A DNA stretch of 64,000 nt from Octopus vulgaris (lineage: Eukaryota): NCBI GenBank assembly GCA_951406725.2, contig OX597827.1:36518001-36582000 (forward strand). Direction: 5' to 3'. A model generated the notes under the pieces. The model had not been told where the DNA came from. It made no database searches and saw nothing but the letters and a program-made list of their open reading frames with translations. Shown in pieces: positions 44,733 through 58,559 of the stretch. Each line of letters begins with the position of its first letter. Position 1 is the first letter of the stretch. The translations under genes were made by a program, and so were the position numbers.

Positions 44733-44789
44733 GATTTCGAATCTGTTTTTAAAAACAGACATTTCTGACGCGGCGCCCCACCCCACCTA

Positions 44790-45240
44790 TTACAATGAGG
44801 ATCTGGCAGCAATCGAGTTTAAGGACTAAATCACCTATATACACCCATAAAAGAAAGCACCATCGTAAGGTCCTTTGGTTTGCCCAACCTATCTCAATCA
44901 ATGCCAAAACCTGGGTGGAGATGTCTTTCCTAGGTTAGTAGCTAAGCATTTCACAGTCCTATAGGTATAGGAGATTATTCAATAGGCATAACTTACGGGT
45001 TTCGTTCAACAGTGCGCCTAGAGTGAAAAAAATATTAGTGAACACCTACAAACCCTGCACAGTGGCAGGATTCTCATGTAGGGTTTACAGTGTTCACTGG
45101 ATGGTCGATGCATCACTGAAGCTGTTATCTACGAAGCAGAGGTGGTGTCCAACTGAAGCAGTAGTGATGAAAGAGCACACACACGTAAATATGTTGGACC
45201 ACATTTCCTCTTTTCAGAGAGGCGCAATGTTACAACATTA
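44790..45240 (+). pseudogene. Penelope-like linker/GIY-YIG remnant
   Basis: RKVLWF, YRRLFNRHNLRVSF, EAVIYEAEV and RKYVG in decayed frames. Confidence 0.75.
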
Positions 45241-46244
45241 GTCATATATATATATTCCTTTATTTTTTTCTATTCTTTTATCTGTTTCAATCATTTGACT
45301 GCGGCCATGCTGGAGCACCACCTTTAGTAGAACATATCAACCCCAGGACTTATTCTTTGTAAGCCTAGTACTTATTCAATCGGCCTCTTTTGTCGATCCG
45401 CTGAGTTACGGGGACGTAAACACACCAGCATCAGTTGTCAAGTGATGGTGGGGGACGAATACAGACACACAAACACACATACACACGCACACGCATTCAC
45501 ATACACACATATACATACGACGGGTGGCGTAACTAAAGGAGGACGACACAGCCGGTAGCGAATTGTTTCCCCACGAGAGTTCCGGACCCCAGTAATGAAC
45601 TCATTTGCATACAGCCAATCAGAGCTCACCTTGATCTTGTTGTCAAGTTAACAAAAGTTGGCATTCAAAATGGCAACCTCCGATTGCCATAAGAACCTTG
45701 TATCGTGCTCTCATTCAGATACCAATATCATCGATACAGAGCACATACGCATGTTAGCAGTAAGTTTAATTACCGAAAATCTCTAGCCAGTACGAAGACA
45801 ATTGGCGTGCAACTAACTGCAGCATCCAAGAGAAAGGTGGTTGGTGGTGGCAGAAATCGCATTGGTGGTGGCAGACCGTAGAAAGAGTGTTTGAAAAGTG
45901 TGAAAGGAAAGGTGCCGTTCAGCTCCCAGATTATGCCTAGACACAAAACCCAACGTAACACTCGCGAATATGTTAAAAACAATCAATCTCTTGGTAAAAC
46001 ACAGTCTACCAAGTAAGTTCAAGACGAAGAACTGTTGTAAGTCGACCGATCGCCAAATTATGGAGACAAGTAATTAGATATATTTGCATCTGTACCTGAA
46101 GCTGTTATCTACGAAGCAGAGGTGGTGTCCAACTGAAGCAGTAGTAACGAAAGAGTACACACACGTAAATATGTTGGACCACATTTCCTCTTTTCAGAGA
46201 GGCGCAATGTTACAACATTAGTCATATATATTCCTTTATTTTTT

Positions 46245-46666
46245 TCTATTCTTTTATCTGCTTCAATCATTTGACTGCGGCCATGCTGGAGCATCACCTT
46301 TAGTAGAACATATCGACCCCAGGATTTATTTTTGTAAGCCTAGTACTTATTCAATCGGCCTCTTTTGTCGAACCGCTGAGTTACGGGGACGTAAACACAT
46401 CAACATCAGTTGTGAAGTGATGGTGGCGGGGGGGGGGGGGGCGAACACAGACATACAAACACACATACACATGCACACGCACTCACATACACACATATAC
46501 ATACGACGGGCTTCTTTCAGTTTCCCTCCACCGAATCCACTCACAAGGCTTTGGTTGGCCCGAGGCTATAATAGCAAACACTTGTCCAAAGTGCCACGCA
46601 GTGGGACTGAACCTGGAAGCATGTGGTTAGTAAACAAGCTACGTACCACACCGCTACTCCTGCGCC
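46245..46666 (-). mobile_element. Composite B-C SINE
   Basis: Same layout as the other copies. Confidence 0.85.
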
Positions 46667-47098
46667 TATTTATATTTACATAAAAAATTTAGAATGTGTG
46701 TGTGTGTGTGCGTGCGTGTGTCTGTCTGTGTGTCTGTGTGCCTATATATGTGTATCACTAAAACCCAACCGATTTCATTCAAATTTTACACAAAGATCCT
46801 AAAAACCTAAGAGTCCATGCTGTGTCATGGGTCAAAACAAATTTTCAACTTCGTGCCTGATACGAGCCGGGAGCAATCTCTTATCTCTTGTCACTATTTC
46901 AGTATTACGTGTGAAACGTGAAACAATAACATCTCTATTGTAATGTGAGATACTTTCAGTTTTAATACTGAAACTATTTATACTTTCACTATGTGTAAAT
47001 ATATATGTATGTAGTATGTATGTATGTATGTATGTATGTATGTATGTATGTATGTATGTATGTATGTATGTATGTATGTATGTATGTATGTATGTATG

Positions 47099-47185
<87 letters not shown>

Positions 47186-47345
47186 AAAGTAGGATAAATT
47201 ATTTCGAAAAAAATTCTATCAATGGCCAGCATATTAAAAAATACCTTTAAAGGTTAAATTTATAAACAATTTATAAGTAACGGCAAAAGAAAAAAAAATC
47301 AATGCCAAAGTATGCCGAAAATAGACAATGTCAATAACCATGTAA

Positions 47346-47468
47346 TTTATCACTAACAAGCACGCATTTCGGAGAAAGCCGATACAAATTTCTAAAAAAT
47401 CCCGTTCTTACCATATCGGACCGTTTTCATAGTTAGTTCATAAGAACCTTACCTTCATCAGTGATAGA
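47346..47468 (-). ncRNA. Degenerate HHR motif with long helix II
   Basis: Minus strand TATCA-CTGATGA-agg...tcc-GAAAT...GTT-ag-TGATA; helix III weak. Confidence 0.45.
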
Positions 47469-48116
47469 TTCGGTCAAGGAATAAGTGAACTACTTACTTA
47501 TGCCCATGGAAGAAGCGAGCACCAAACCACGAGCACAATTGAGTGAGACAGATAGAAAGCGGTGAAGGGGAGAAAAAATAATTACAGAAGGATGGGGGAG
47601 AAAACCATATAGGTTAGAGTCGCATCAAAAAGGTTATGATAAACTTACTTGGAAATATGGGTAGCGGGTGATGTGCTAGCAACCCTCTTCCCTAACTACT
47701 TTACAAAGTAAATAACAACACAAAAAACTACGCAGAGGCAGCCATGGTTGAAACAAGAACAAGAACAAGCATTATTAAAAGAGAAAAGAAGCGTGGCCAT
47801 TCCTTATGCAAGTGACCTTATCTTATTGCACATCACTTATGCGCTCATAAATTAGTTTGATAGTTGAGCTCTGATTGGCTGCATGCAAATGAATTCATAA
47901 CTGGGGTCCGGAACTCTCGTGGGAAAAAAATTTCGACAGTCGATAGCCGATGACCAATAGCAAATGGAGATAATGCGCACTGTTTATATCTGTATTGTTT
48001 CCCCCTCCATATTTTAAAGAGGCCATAAGGCCAACAGGTTTTAGGGTCTGAAGATACGCCATAAAGGTACCCTTTATGGCGAGAAACCCAGGGTAATCCT
48101 ATAAACCGGTCTTCAC

Positions 48117-48157
<41 letters not shown>

Positions 48158-48253
48158 TATGCACTGAAATTGTTTCGAATTTGTTGCGAGACTATTTAAG
48201 ACGTAAAGGATTACAACGAGGTGAGACGAATTTTTCATTTTAAGTATGGCAAG

Positions 48254-48331
48254 AGCTGCTGACGAGAATTAAGGCACTAATCAGAATTCGAAATCATGAA
48301 CCAGGTACATCGGTTACCTCATTCTACAGCT
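48254..48331 (+). ncRNA. Type I hammerhead ribozyme motif
   Basis: AGCTG-CTGACGA-GAATT(14 nt)AATTC-GAAAT...AACC/GGTT...ATT-cta-CAGCT; canonical G10.1-C11.1 pair. Confidence 0.7.
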
Positions 48332-48507
48332 TTTTAGTTGAGATACTAAGTTGAATTTTGCTCGTTTGCCCGATTTCTGTTGGTCCGTTGCATATATTCA
48401 GTTTTCAGTGAGATTAGTGGATAAGGTGAGGCTTTTGACTCTCCTTTCTAGCCAGCTGGTGCTTCGTGTCCACTCTATTATAATGTGTGTGTGCGTGCAT
48501 ATATATA

Positions 48508-48700
48508 TAGGGAGAGTTTACGAAAAAAACAAAAGACGAAGACAGGTGGTGTACAAAACAAACAGATGTATTAGTATAACGCTCAGGAATAGAAAAAGTC
48601 TTTTACGTTTCGAGCCTACGCTCTTCTACAGAAAGGGACACAGAAAAAAACAAGGAGAGAAAAAAATGTGTGTAGTGGCTAACGATCTGTCATGGCTACT
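48508..48700 (-). mobile_element. Family H2 element with variant minimal HHR
   Basis: Minus strand CTTT-CTGTAGA-aGAGCgtagGCTC-GAAACGTA-AAAG; TA flanks. Confidence 0.75.
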
Positions 48701-48701
48701 A

Positions 48702-48773
<72 letters not shown>

Positions 48774-49097
48774 TCGTGTGTATGTTTGTGCACACGTTAC
48801 ACACACACACACACACATGCATATATCGGAGTGGGGAAAAAGAGATACATATAGATAGATACACATATAAATAGCAAAATTGACAGATAGGTATATTATT
48901 ATACTTGTTTTTAAGGGTAATTATATAGCAAAATAAACATTTTGTGGAGGATCACTCAGTATATTAAGTTGATATTAAGATTTATTTTTTGCAAGGGAAA
49001 GAATGATAGTAACTTCCAAGTTACATTTTTGATTATGAATTCTCAAGATTTAGATAACTGGTCTTACGCTTAGGTTCTACTTGTTGGCGGAATATAT

Positions 49098-49712
49098 ATT
49101 TCTTTACTACCCACCAGGGGGTAAACACAGAGAGGACCAACAAAGACAGACAAAGGGATTAAGTCGATTACATCGACCCCAGTGCATAACTGGTACTTAA
49201 TTTATCAACCCCGAAAGGATGAAAGGCAAAGTCGACCTCGGTGGAATTTGAACTTGGAACGTAACGACAGACGAAATACGACTACGCATTTCGCTCGGCG
49301 TACTAACGTTTCTTATTTCTTTATTGCCCACAAGGGGCTAAACATAGAGGGGACAAACAAGGACACACAAACGGATTAAGTCAATTACATCGACTCCAGT
49401 GCGTGACCCCGAAAGGATGAAAGGCAAAGTCGACCTCGGCGGAATTTGAACTCAGAACGTAGCGGCAGACGAAATACCTATTTCTTTATTACTCACAAGG
49501 AGCCAAACATAGAGGGGACAAACATGGACAGACATAGGTATTAAGTCGATTACATTGACCCTAGTGCAAAACTGGTACTTTATTTATCGACCCTGAAAGG
49601 ATGAAAGGCAAAGTCGACCTCGACGGAATTTGAACTCAGAACGTAGCGGCAGACGAAATACCGCTAAGCATTTCGCCCGGCGTGCTAACGTTTCTGCCAG
49701 CTCGCCGCCTTG
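49098..49712 (-). mobile_element. Family A SINE tandem array
   Basis: Three to four reverse-complement units. Confidence 0.9.
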
Positions 49713-49995
49713 GCGGAGTATAACGTGTGGCGGAATATAACGTGGCGGAATTTAACGTGTGCAATGTAGGCCTGTTTTATAATGAAATATTTTCTATGTA
49801 ATTTTATTTAAAATTGGGTTAACTGGTATTGGAGTAAATGAAAGAAACAACGAAACATTTAGAAGAAAATATGAAGGAGAGGAATAAATCATTGTAAATA
49901 AATAGAAGCGAAAATACCTTGAATGGATAAGAATATAAAAAGATGATGACTGATAATGGAGAAAGGAAGAGGAGAAGATGATGATAATGATGATG

Positions 49996-50285
49996 GGTAC
50001 TACTTGAGAACAGTGGTCCCGGTGCGCGCACTCGCGTAGTCGTGCATCCGCGCTAGCTAGTCATGACTAGTCGATCTTTACTTTGTGTTTTTGTGTGTTA
50101 TTTACTTTGTTTAAAAAATTATTTACTTTGTGTTCTTGTGTTTTATTTACTTTGTTTAACAAAAATTATTTTGTTTTATTTACTTTGATAGGTTGTCGTT
50201 GTAGGATCGACTACTCACGACTAGCTAGCACGGATGCGCGACTACGCGAGTGCGCGCACCGGGACCACTGTTCTCAAGTAGTACC
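49996..50285. mobile_element. MITE with ~80-bp GC-rich TIRs, Merlin-like
   Basis: GGTACTACTTGAGAACAGTGGTCCCGG.../...CCGGGACCACTGTTCTCAAGTAGTACC; flanks ATGATGATG and ATGAGGATG (9-bp TSD with one mismatch); internal tandem T-rich units. Confidence 0.8.
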
Positions 50286-50398
50286 ATGAGGATGATGATT
50301 TATGTGGGGTGGATAAAGTTTAGGTGGAGAACAGGATAGTTAGGAAATCGTGTAACTGAAAGAGGCCAGTCATATATATATGAATGTGTGTGTGTGTG

Positions 50399-50500
<102 letters not shown>

Positions 50501-50904
50501 TTAGAATGATTGAGTGCGTCTGTATGTAGCGGTGGGAGGTGCCATTATGAAGGGGTGTCGATGAAAACCCTCCACTGACACATACAATGAGACTACAGCT
50601 AAGCTGAGCTTGTTGTAGCCTAGGGATTGGTTAATTAATTCAATGCCTATTATCATGAAAACCGCCACTGCTGGGCACAGGGCATACCGGCAGTGGTTGT
50701 GTGCGGTGGAGAGAGATGGGATGTGTGTAGAAATTGTGAGTGAAAATAAAACATTTTCACGAACGTACCCCGTCCCTACACACACAATAAGTAGCATGTT
50801 TATGTTCATATATTGTCATACTTGCTCTTTGAATAAAAATGTAAGAAGTAATCAACGTTCAATATTCATTCTTAGTTTAGTCTTTAATATGTATAAATAT
50901 ACAC

Positions 50905-51125
50905 GTTTCTTTATTACCCACAAGGGGCTAAACATAGAGGGGACAGACAAACGAATTAAGTCGATTACATCGACCCCAGTGCGTAACTGGTACTTAATTT
51001 ATCGACCCCGAAAGGATGAAAGGCAAAGTCGACCTCGGTGGAATTTGAACTCAGAACGTAACGGCAGACGAAATACGGCTACGCATTTCGCCCGGCGTGC
51101 TAACATTTCTGCCAGCTCGCAGCCT
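50905..51125 (-). mobile_element. Family A SINE
   Basis: Full-length reverse-complement copy. Confidence 0.85.
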
Positions 51126-51447
51126 TTGTATAAATATATAACACACATTTACAGATACCAACATTAAGACATTGTACAGCGGTAATATACATAAAGGCGC
51201 AAGTTTAACTCACAGAATGCATTTTTATTAAGTTCGTATTGCTAGCCTCTCTGAAAAGTCAACATTTTGATTAAACCAACATATTTTTTTGTCTCTGTGA
51301 TGCTAAAAGGAGATCAGTGTGATTAGCTTAAATATTACATTATCACGTCATCAGATGAGCAACTAGTCTTCTTGATCACACGGGGAATAGTCACCTATAC
51401 TTAGAGTATACACAAATTCAAAGAAACCTACAATAGGCTGCCTAATT

Positions 51448-51481
<34 letters not shown>

Positions 51482-51614
51482 CACACATATTATCGAGAGA
51501 CCGATAGTACTAGGCTTACAAAGAATAAGTCCTGGGGTCGATTTGCTCGACTAAAAACGGTGCTCCAGTATGGTCACAGTCAAATGACTGAAACAAGTAA
51601 AAGAGTTAAAGAGA

Positions 51615-51940
51615 GTATGGAAAATCATCAGGGCGTACAAAGGACAATACAAGGATTTCATTATGATCCATTTGGAATACTTAGAATATATAGTCATCAA
51701 TATTGTACGCCCTGGTGATTTTCCATACAAGGTGTTTAAAATGCAAAATTATATAATATATTTCTTTTGTAATTTTAATTTTGTTGGTGAAATGAAACAA
51801 TTGTAGGTGAATAGGTTAATTAAGTAATAAATTAATTTGTATCCAATAGACCTCTCTTTTTTTTGTAACTCGATAATAATGTTTGATATTTTACTATAGT
51901 TTATATAATATATTCATTGAAGAAATATCTCTTCAAAGTA

Positions 51941-51945
<5 letters not shown>
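51615..51945 (+). mobile_element. Element with short 5' inversion and HHR with AT-rich helix II
   Basis: Arms 51615-51640 and 51703-51728; CGCC-CTG(G/A)TGA-ttttcc...gaaat-GAAAC-AATT-GTA-GGTG; ends in (TA)n. Confidence 0.65.
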
Positions 51946-52012
<67 letters not shown>

Positions 52013-52091
52013 GTATACACACACGCACATTCATACATACATACATACATACATACATACATACATACATACATACATTTACATACATATA

Positions 52092-52650
52092 CAGGCGCAA
52101 GCGTTGCTGTGTGGTAAGAAGCTTGCTTCCCAACCGCATGGTTATGGGTTCAGTCCGACTGCGTAACACCTTAGGCAAGTGTTTTCTACTATGGTAGACG
52201 GAAACTGAAAGAAGCCCGCCGTTGCTGAACTCTACACGTTTTCTTCAGTCACTCTCTGTTTATTTCCTCTTATTCCTTTCTGTTGAAGAGCGTAAGCTCG
52301 AAACGTAAAAGACTTTTTCCATGTTTCCCAAGCGTCAAACTAATACACATGCTTGTTGTTCATACACTTGTCTTCGTCTTTGGTTTTCTACAAATTTCAA
52401 CTATATGTATGTGTATGTGTGTCTGTGTGCGCGCGTGTTTGAGTGTGTATGTGTGTGTGTGTGTGTATGTGTGTGTGAATATATAAATTTGGTGTGCAGT
52501 TACGTTTTCGTAACTTAGCGGCTCATCAAATATACTAACAGAATAAGAACTAGGCTTAAAAATAAGTCCTGGGATCGAATTGTTCGACAAAAACACTTGA
52601 AGACAGTGCTCCAGCATGTCCACAGTCAAATGACTGAAACAAGAAAAGGA
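52092..52650 (+). mobile_element. Composite B-C SINE interrupted by an H2-related HHR element (about 52230-52400)
   Basis: Insert reads CTTT-CTGTTGA-aGAGCgtaaGCTC-GAAACGTA-AAAG. Confidence 0.75.
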
Positions 52651-52754
52651 ATGAAGATAGAGATATACATACATACATACATACATACATACATACATAC
52701 ATCTTACATACATACATGCGTGCACAGACACATACAGACTGGCATGTAGATGGT

Positions 52755-52857
<103 letters not shown>

Positions 52858-53086
52858 TCTTGGGTTACAAGTTTATAAGAAGATGATCAGGCCAGAACTG
52901 AAAGTGCGAAGTCTAATTCTTAAATATTTTTCGACATATATTTTCTTTCGCTCTGACTTGTCTCCCGGAGAAATTTTTTTTTTTCTCCGACTCGTTGATG
53001 ATGATGAAACGCGTATGTATGCATGTACATAGGTGTATGTATGTATGTATGTATGTATGTATGTATGTATGTATGTATGTATGTCG

Positions 53087-53390
53087 AGCTTACGATCGTG
53101 AGGTTGCGAGTTCAAATCCCGGACCGGGCTGCGTGTTGTGTTCTTGAGCAAGACACTTTATTTCACGTTGCTCCAGTTCACTCAGTTGTAGAAATGAGTT
53201 GCGACGTCACAGGTGCCAAGCTGTATCGGCCTTTGCCTTTCCCTTGGATAACACTGGTGGCGTGGAGAGGCGAGGCCGGTATGCATGGGCGACTGCTGGT
53301 CTTCCATAAAGAACCTTGCCCGGACTTGTGCCTGGGAGGGTAACTTTCTAGGTGCAATCCCAGGGTCATTCATGACCGAAGGGGGTCTCA
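53087..53390 (+). mobile_element. tRNA-derived SINE, third family (V/Meta-SINE-like central domain)
   Basis: B-box GAGTTCAAATCC, then GTGTTGTGTTCTTGAGCAAGACACTT; related head at about 40745-40845. Confidence 0.7.
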
Positions 53391-53421
<31 letters not shown>

Positions 53422-54049
53422 TGTATGTATGTATGTATGTATGTATGCATGTTTGTATGTATGAGTGTGTGCGTGTGTGTGCGTGTGTGTGCGCGCGTGC
53501 ACACACACACTCACTCACTCACACATACACACGCAAAAAATAAGGTGATTCGAAACATCCACAGATGGATTAAATACGGTGATTAGGAAAAACACGTTAG
53601 TGGTTAGTTAACGTTATTATTCGACTGTGCTTGTAAGGGAAACAACTCTGAAAGGTTTGAAATCGATATTGTGTACGGACATATTGTTTTCGCCATTACT
53701 TGCTGGTACTGTAATAATTAGTTTAGAGAAATTTCGTTAAAAGGTCACTGGGTGGATCTAGGAAATGAGATTCACAAGTAATTTAATTATAGACACTTGT
53801 TGACCACATATCTATGTAATCATAATTAATCATAAATAATTATTCTTTGGATATTTATGTAATTAAATCTTGATTTTAAAATAGCCTAACATGTTACTCC
53901 TAAGCACCGTATTTAGAACCTTGTTTTATATCTGATATTGAATACACTAGAGATAATCACACCCATTTTTTTAATGGGATTAAAAATAATATATACTGAG
54001 AAAATAAACGCAGTATAGTCTATCAGCATCTACGCCAAATTATTGTTAT

Positions 54050-54713
54050 ATTTTGTGGAACATACCTGTTTCTATCGTAAAAGGTAATTTGTGAATTTCT
54101 TTACAGAAATGATTGTGTCATTTTAGTCGTACTAATTACAAATAGAATGGTAGAAACATTTCTCAACTGGCACATTAATTCCATAATTAGCAATACTTAC
54201 CGACTATTATTGTAAACCAGTTTAATCCCCTGTCGGATATTTTCATATGTGGTCGACCTCAGGTTGTAAGCTGCAGATGATAAACAACTAGAAACACTAA
54301 TGCATTAAGTACATCACTTATCTTCGTATAGTCTATACAGCAATAATGTTACATAGAATAATTAAACATCACTTAAAAACAATCTATTTGCAAAAGAGCA
54401 CGGGGCACAGCGAAGGTAAAGTAAAGTAAAGATCAGCATATCCATGATTACAAGAGTAGAGTTTGAGTATTGACTAGGCATAGAATAATTGCCAAGTCTA
54501 TATCGTCAGTGTTACTCATCCGTAAAGCTTAACGATGAGCAAGTGTCACTCACTCCTAAACGTTTATGATGAGCAAGTTTACACCAGTAATACGAAAGTA
54601 CATTAAGTCATGAATAAATGGCAAACAATTCTGAAGATATAGACAAAAGAAAGAATTATAAAAACCACATCTATTTCCATTAGAAGAAAACTATACCAAT
54701 GAGATTCTTTCTG

Positions 54714-54776
<63 letters not shown>

Positions 54777-55240
54777 CTTTCTCTCTCCCTCCCTCTCTCT
54801 CTTCACTTTTTCTGCCAACTGTTAACCAGCATGTTAAACCAGTTTGCGATCAGAGATCTTTCGATTGTATTGGACCTCAAATTGTAAGCTGCAGATGATA
54901 AGCAACTAGAAACACTACTGCAACGAGTACATGGCTTTATTAAAAGGATTGGTATGGAATTTGAATCAGAAACATGTGCCACAACAAAACTAAAAAACGA
55001 AAAAAATAAGAACTTAATATTTTAGATAAAGAAACAAAGATAGGAAAATTACAACAATCACATATTTATAGACATTTAAAACTCAGCTAATTCTAAAACA
55101 ATAGGTAATAGGCTATCACTTGTTAAGCAAGATTAGGTGGAAAGACAAGAAAAAGGCTTCTTTAACAGTTGTACATCATACGAAATTTGGCATAAGCGAT
55201 ATGACATTTATCATGAATAGAAGAAAAGACTGGTATGCAA
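54050..55240 (+). pseudogene. Two decayed R4/Dong-type RT fragments
   Basis: DLKL*AADDKQLETLLQRVHGF..IGMEF...CA at about 54870-55000, with a related copy at about 54250-54315. Confidence 0.6.
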
Positions 55241-55658
55241 CAATCTTTTATCCCTTACTTCTTACTTGTTTCAGTCATTAGACTGTGCCCATGCTAGGGC
55301 ACCGCCTCGACGGGTTTAGTCGAGCAAAACTTTATTCAACTTTTTATTCGAATGAATCGATCCCGGTACTTATTTTTTAAAAGTCTAGTACTTATTCTGT
55401 CGGATTCTTTTGCCGAACCGCTATGTTACGAGGGCGTAAACACACCAACACCGGTTATCAAGGAGTAATGGGGACAAACACACACACATGCACACGCACA
55501 CACACACATCTATAAACGATAGGCTTCTTTCATTTTCCGTCTACCAAATCCACTTACGAAACTTTGGTTAAACTAATTAAACTGTACATTTAAACTAATT
55601 AAATATTATTTTACAGAATAATAGAATTAAAATTTCTTTGATTAAAACCCTTTCTAAC

Positions 55659-56740
55659 ATGGAAGTATCCAAAGAGCATTTAGGGCACATAATGCTTCAT
55701 GAGTACAAAAAGGAAACTCTGCAGCCGAAGCAACTCGATATATACACTCAGTTTATGGGAATCAATGCTTGAATGAAAGATCTTGCAGAAGATGGTTTGC
55801 AAAATTCAGAAGTGGAGATTTCAGCCTTGAAGATAAAGATCGAACAGGACGTCCAGTTGAGTTTGATGATAAGCTCCTTGAGGCATTACTTGAAGAAAAT
55901 CCTGCATTATCAGTTGAAGAATTGGCAATAAAGCTTAGTTCAAACCATACAACTGTTCATCGACATCTTCAACAACTTGGAAAATGGGTGCCTCATTAAT
56001 TGTCCGAAAGCAACAACAAATCCTGAGTTGACATCTGCTCTTCTCTCCATTCTCGGAAACTCATTTTACCCTTTTTGGATAGATTTGTGACTGGTGACGA
56101 AAAATGGATCTTCTATCGAAATGTTAAACGTCGTAAACAGTGGTTTGGTAAAAGGGAAAAAGCTCAACCACAACCGTGAAGGGAACTTCATGGAAAAAAG
56201 GTTCTCCTCTCCATCTGGTGGGATTGCAAAGGAGTAATTCACTTTGAAGTGTTACCACCTAATGCAACAATCAATGCTCAAATCTACTCTCAGCAATTAG
56301 AGCGTTTGAACCAAGCTTTGAAGAAAAAAGACCCGCTTTACTGAATCGAAAAGGAGTGATGTTTCATCAGGACAATACACGACCCCACACTGCAAAGATC
56401 ACATCACAGAAGGTCGAAGAGCTTGGTTGGGAAAAAATTCCTCATTCACCTTATTCTCCCGACCTTGCTCCTTCAGACCACCATTTGTTTCGTAGTTTAC
56501 AGAATCATTTGGGGGACATAAATTTCACAAGCCAGGAGGGGGTCGAAACTGACTTTTCAGTGTTCGTCGCTTTGAAACCAAAAGAGTTTTACAGTGATGG
56601 GATTAAAATGTTTGTAAATAGATGGAAGGAAGTCATAGATAATCAGGGAAAGTGATGATTAAATATCAATTAAATATAACATTTGATCACTTGTATTATT
56701 TATTCAAAATTCGGACAGAACTGATGGGATGACCTGATAT
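55659..56740 (+). pseudogene. mariner (DD34D) transposase pseudogene with 3' TIR
   Basis: MEVSKEHL..., RRWFAKFRSGDFSLED..RTGRP, WVPH, VTGDEKWI, HQDNTRPH and YSPDLAPSD; internal stops and frameshifts; 3' end ...GGGATGACCTGA|TA. Confidence 0.95.
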
Positions 56741-57070
56741 AATGTATAATACATACTAGAGAACGCGTGCGCACACAAACAAACGCACACGCATACACAC
56801 AACATACACATACGCGCGGGCGCACAGAGTCACACATTTCGTGTTATTTCAGTTTATGCCGTGTGAACACACCCATCTTGAGTGGGCGGGGTTTTGACTG
56901 CTAATCGTGAAGAAACCAGCAATTACAATAATTCAAATATAACGTCTGCTTGTTGACAACGAAAAATACCTCTATTTCTATTTACCTTTTCCCACTTTTA
57001 CTTCCTCACTTCGTATCATCCACAAATCACTCTCTATCTCATTCTCTCTGTAGCTAGCTAGACACACTGG

Positions 57071-57162
<92 letters not shown>

Positions 57163-58559
57163 CCTACCTACCTTTCTGTCTATCTACTTACCTACCTACA
57201 TACCCATCTATTCATTACATCCATCCGTTCCTCAGTCCGTCTCTCTGTGTCTGCCTGTCTGTATGTAAGCATGTCTGTCTGTGTTTCTCTTTCTCTCTCT
57301 TTCTCTCTCTCATTCTCTCTCTGTCTGTCTGTCTGTCTGTCTTTTTTTGTTACAATGTATCTTTCTATTTCTGTTTGTGTGTGTCATTTTGTTTGTATAT
57401 CCGAGCACGGACATATGAACGAGGTTTTAAATTTCGACTTTTGTCCTCTGTTTAGAAAGAACCAATTTCTAGTCTAAACATAATTTTTTTTTTATTGGAA
57501 TAAATTCCAATATCAACTAGGTAATTTTAAATTCTGTAGTTATGCACATATGTGTGTATGTAAGCGCAGGCATAAATAATTTTGTAACTGCAATCGTCTG
57601 CTTAGGCGTGTTCTTTCTGGTTTTGTGAATCCCAGCTTCCCAAGATGGATACTGAGGCGTTTAGCCGCATAGCTAACTGTTCGAATAATTATTGGTTTGG
57701 TAGAAATCTAAAATGATAGTCCAGATGGAACAACTGTAGATTCGTCACCAGTTCAACATAGATGTTTTATTTTTATCTAATCTTTAGCATCATATTCACA
57801 TCTGTTAGGCAATTGATTTCAATTACAGGATATAGTTTCTTTTCTCCGTCCCAGATCATTATGCCTGCTGTGTTAAATGTATGTATGTATGTATGTATGT
57901 ATGTATGTATGTATGTATGTATGTATGTATGTATGTATGTATGGATGGATGGATGGATGGATGGATGGATGGATGCATGCATGCATGTATGTATTGTCCC
58001 ATCAACTATCAATATGGAACTAGTAGAATTTTTCTACATTTTGACCTCCTGAACCCATAAAGTTGTTATAAAAAGTATGAGGTTCTATTTGTGAATCACA
58101 TTCCACTTCTTGTATAACCAAAGGATAAATGTCCAACGATTTTCAAGTTTGAAGCTTTTCCTAATTGTAGCACATTGATTTCCACGGCTCTGAACTACCC
58201 CTTGAAACAGGAATATACATTTTGAGCCATTTTCAGGGGATGAAAATTTAAGTTTTGAAGAGATTTAAATACTGTGTTTCTACATTTCTATACTCAAAGA
58301 CAAGTGTAGTTTCAGAATATATGTAGTTTTATGTAGTTTCAACTTAGGGATAAAAATATTATTCTGGTTCAAAATTGAGGAAGGGAATTCATGTGTTCTA
58401 TTAAGATATCAGACCTTACAGTAAGATTAGAAAAGATGGGATGCTCAGTAATTGTTGTTATTAAGTAATAGCTGCCTAAACATCTTTTACATTATTTTTT
58501 ATATCATAGTGGATAAATTCGAATCGATTTTACTCTTTCAAAGTGAATTTAGATCAGAT

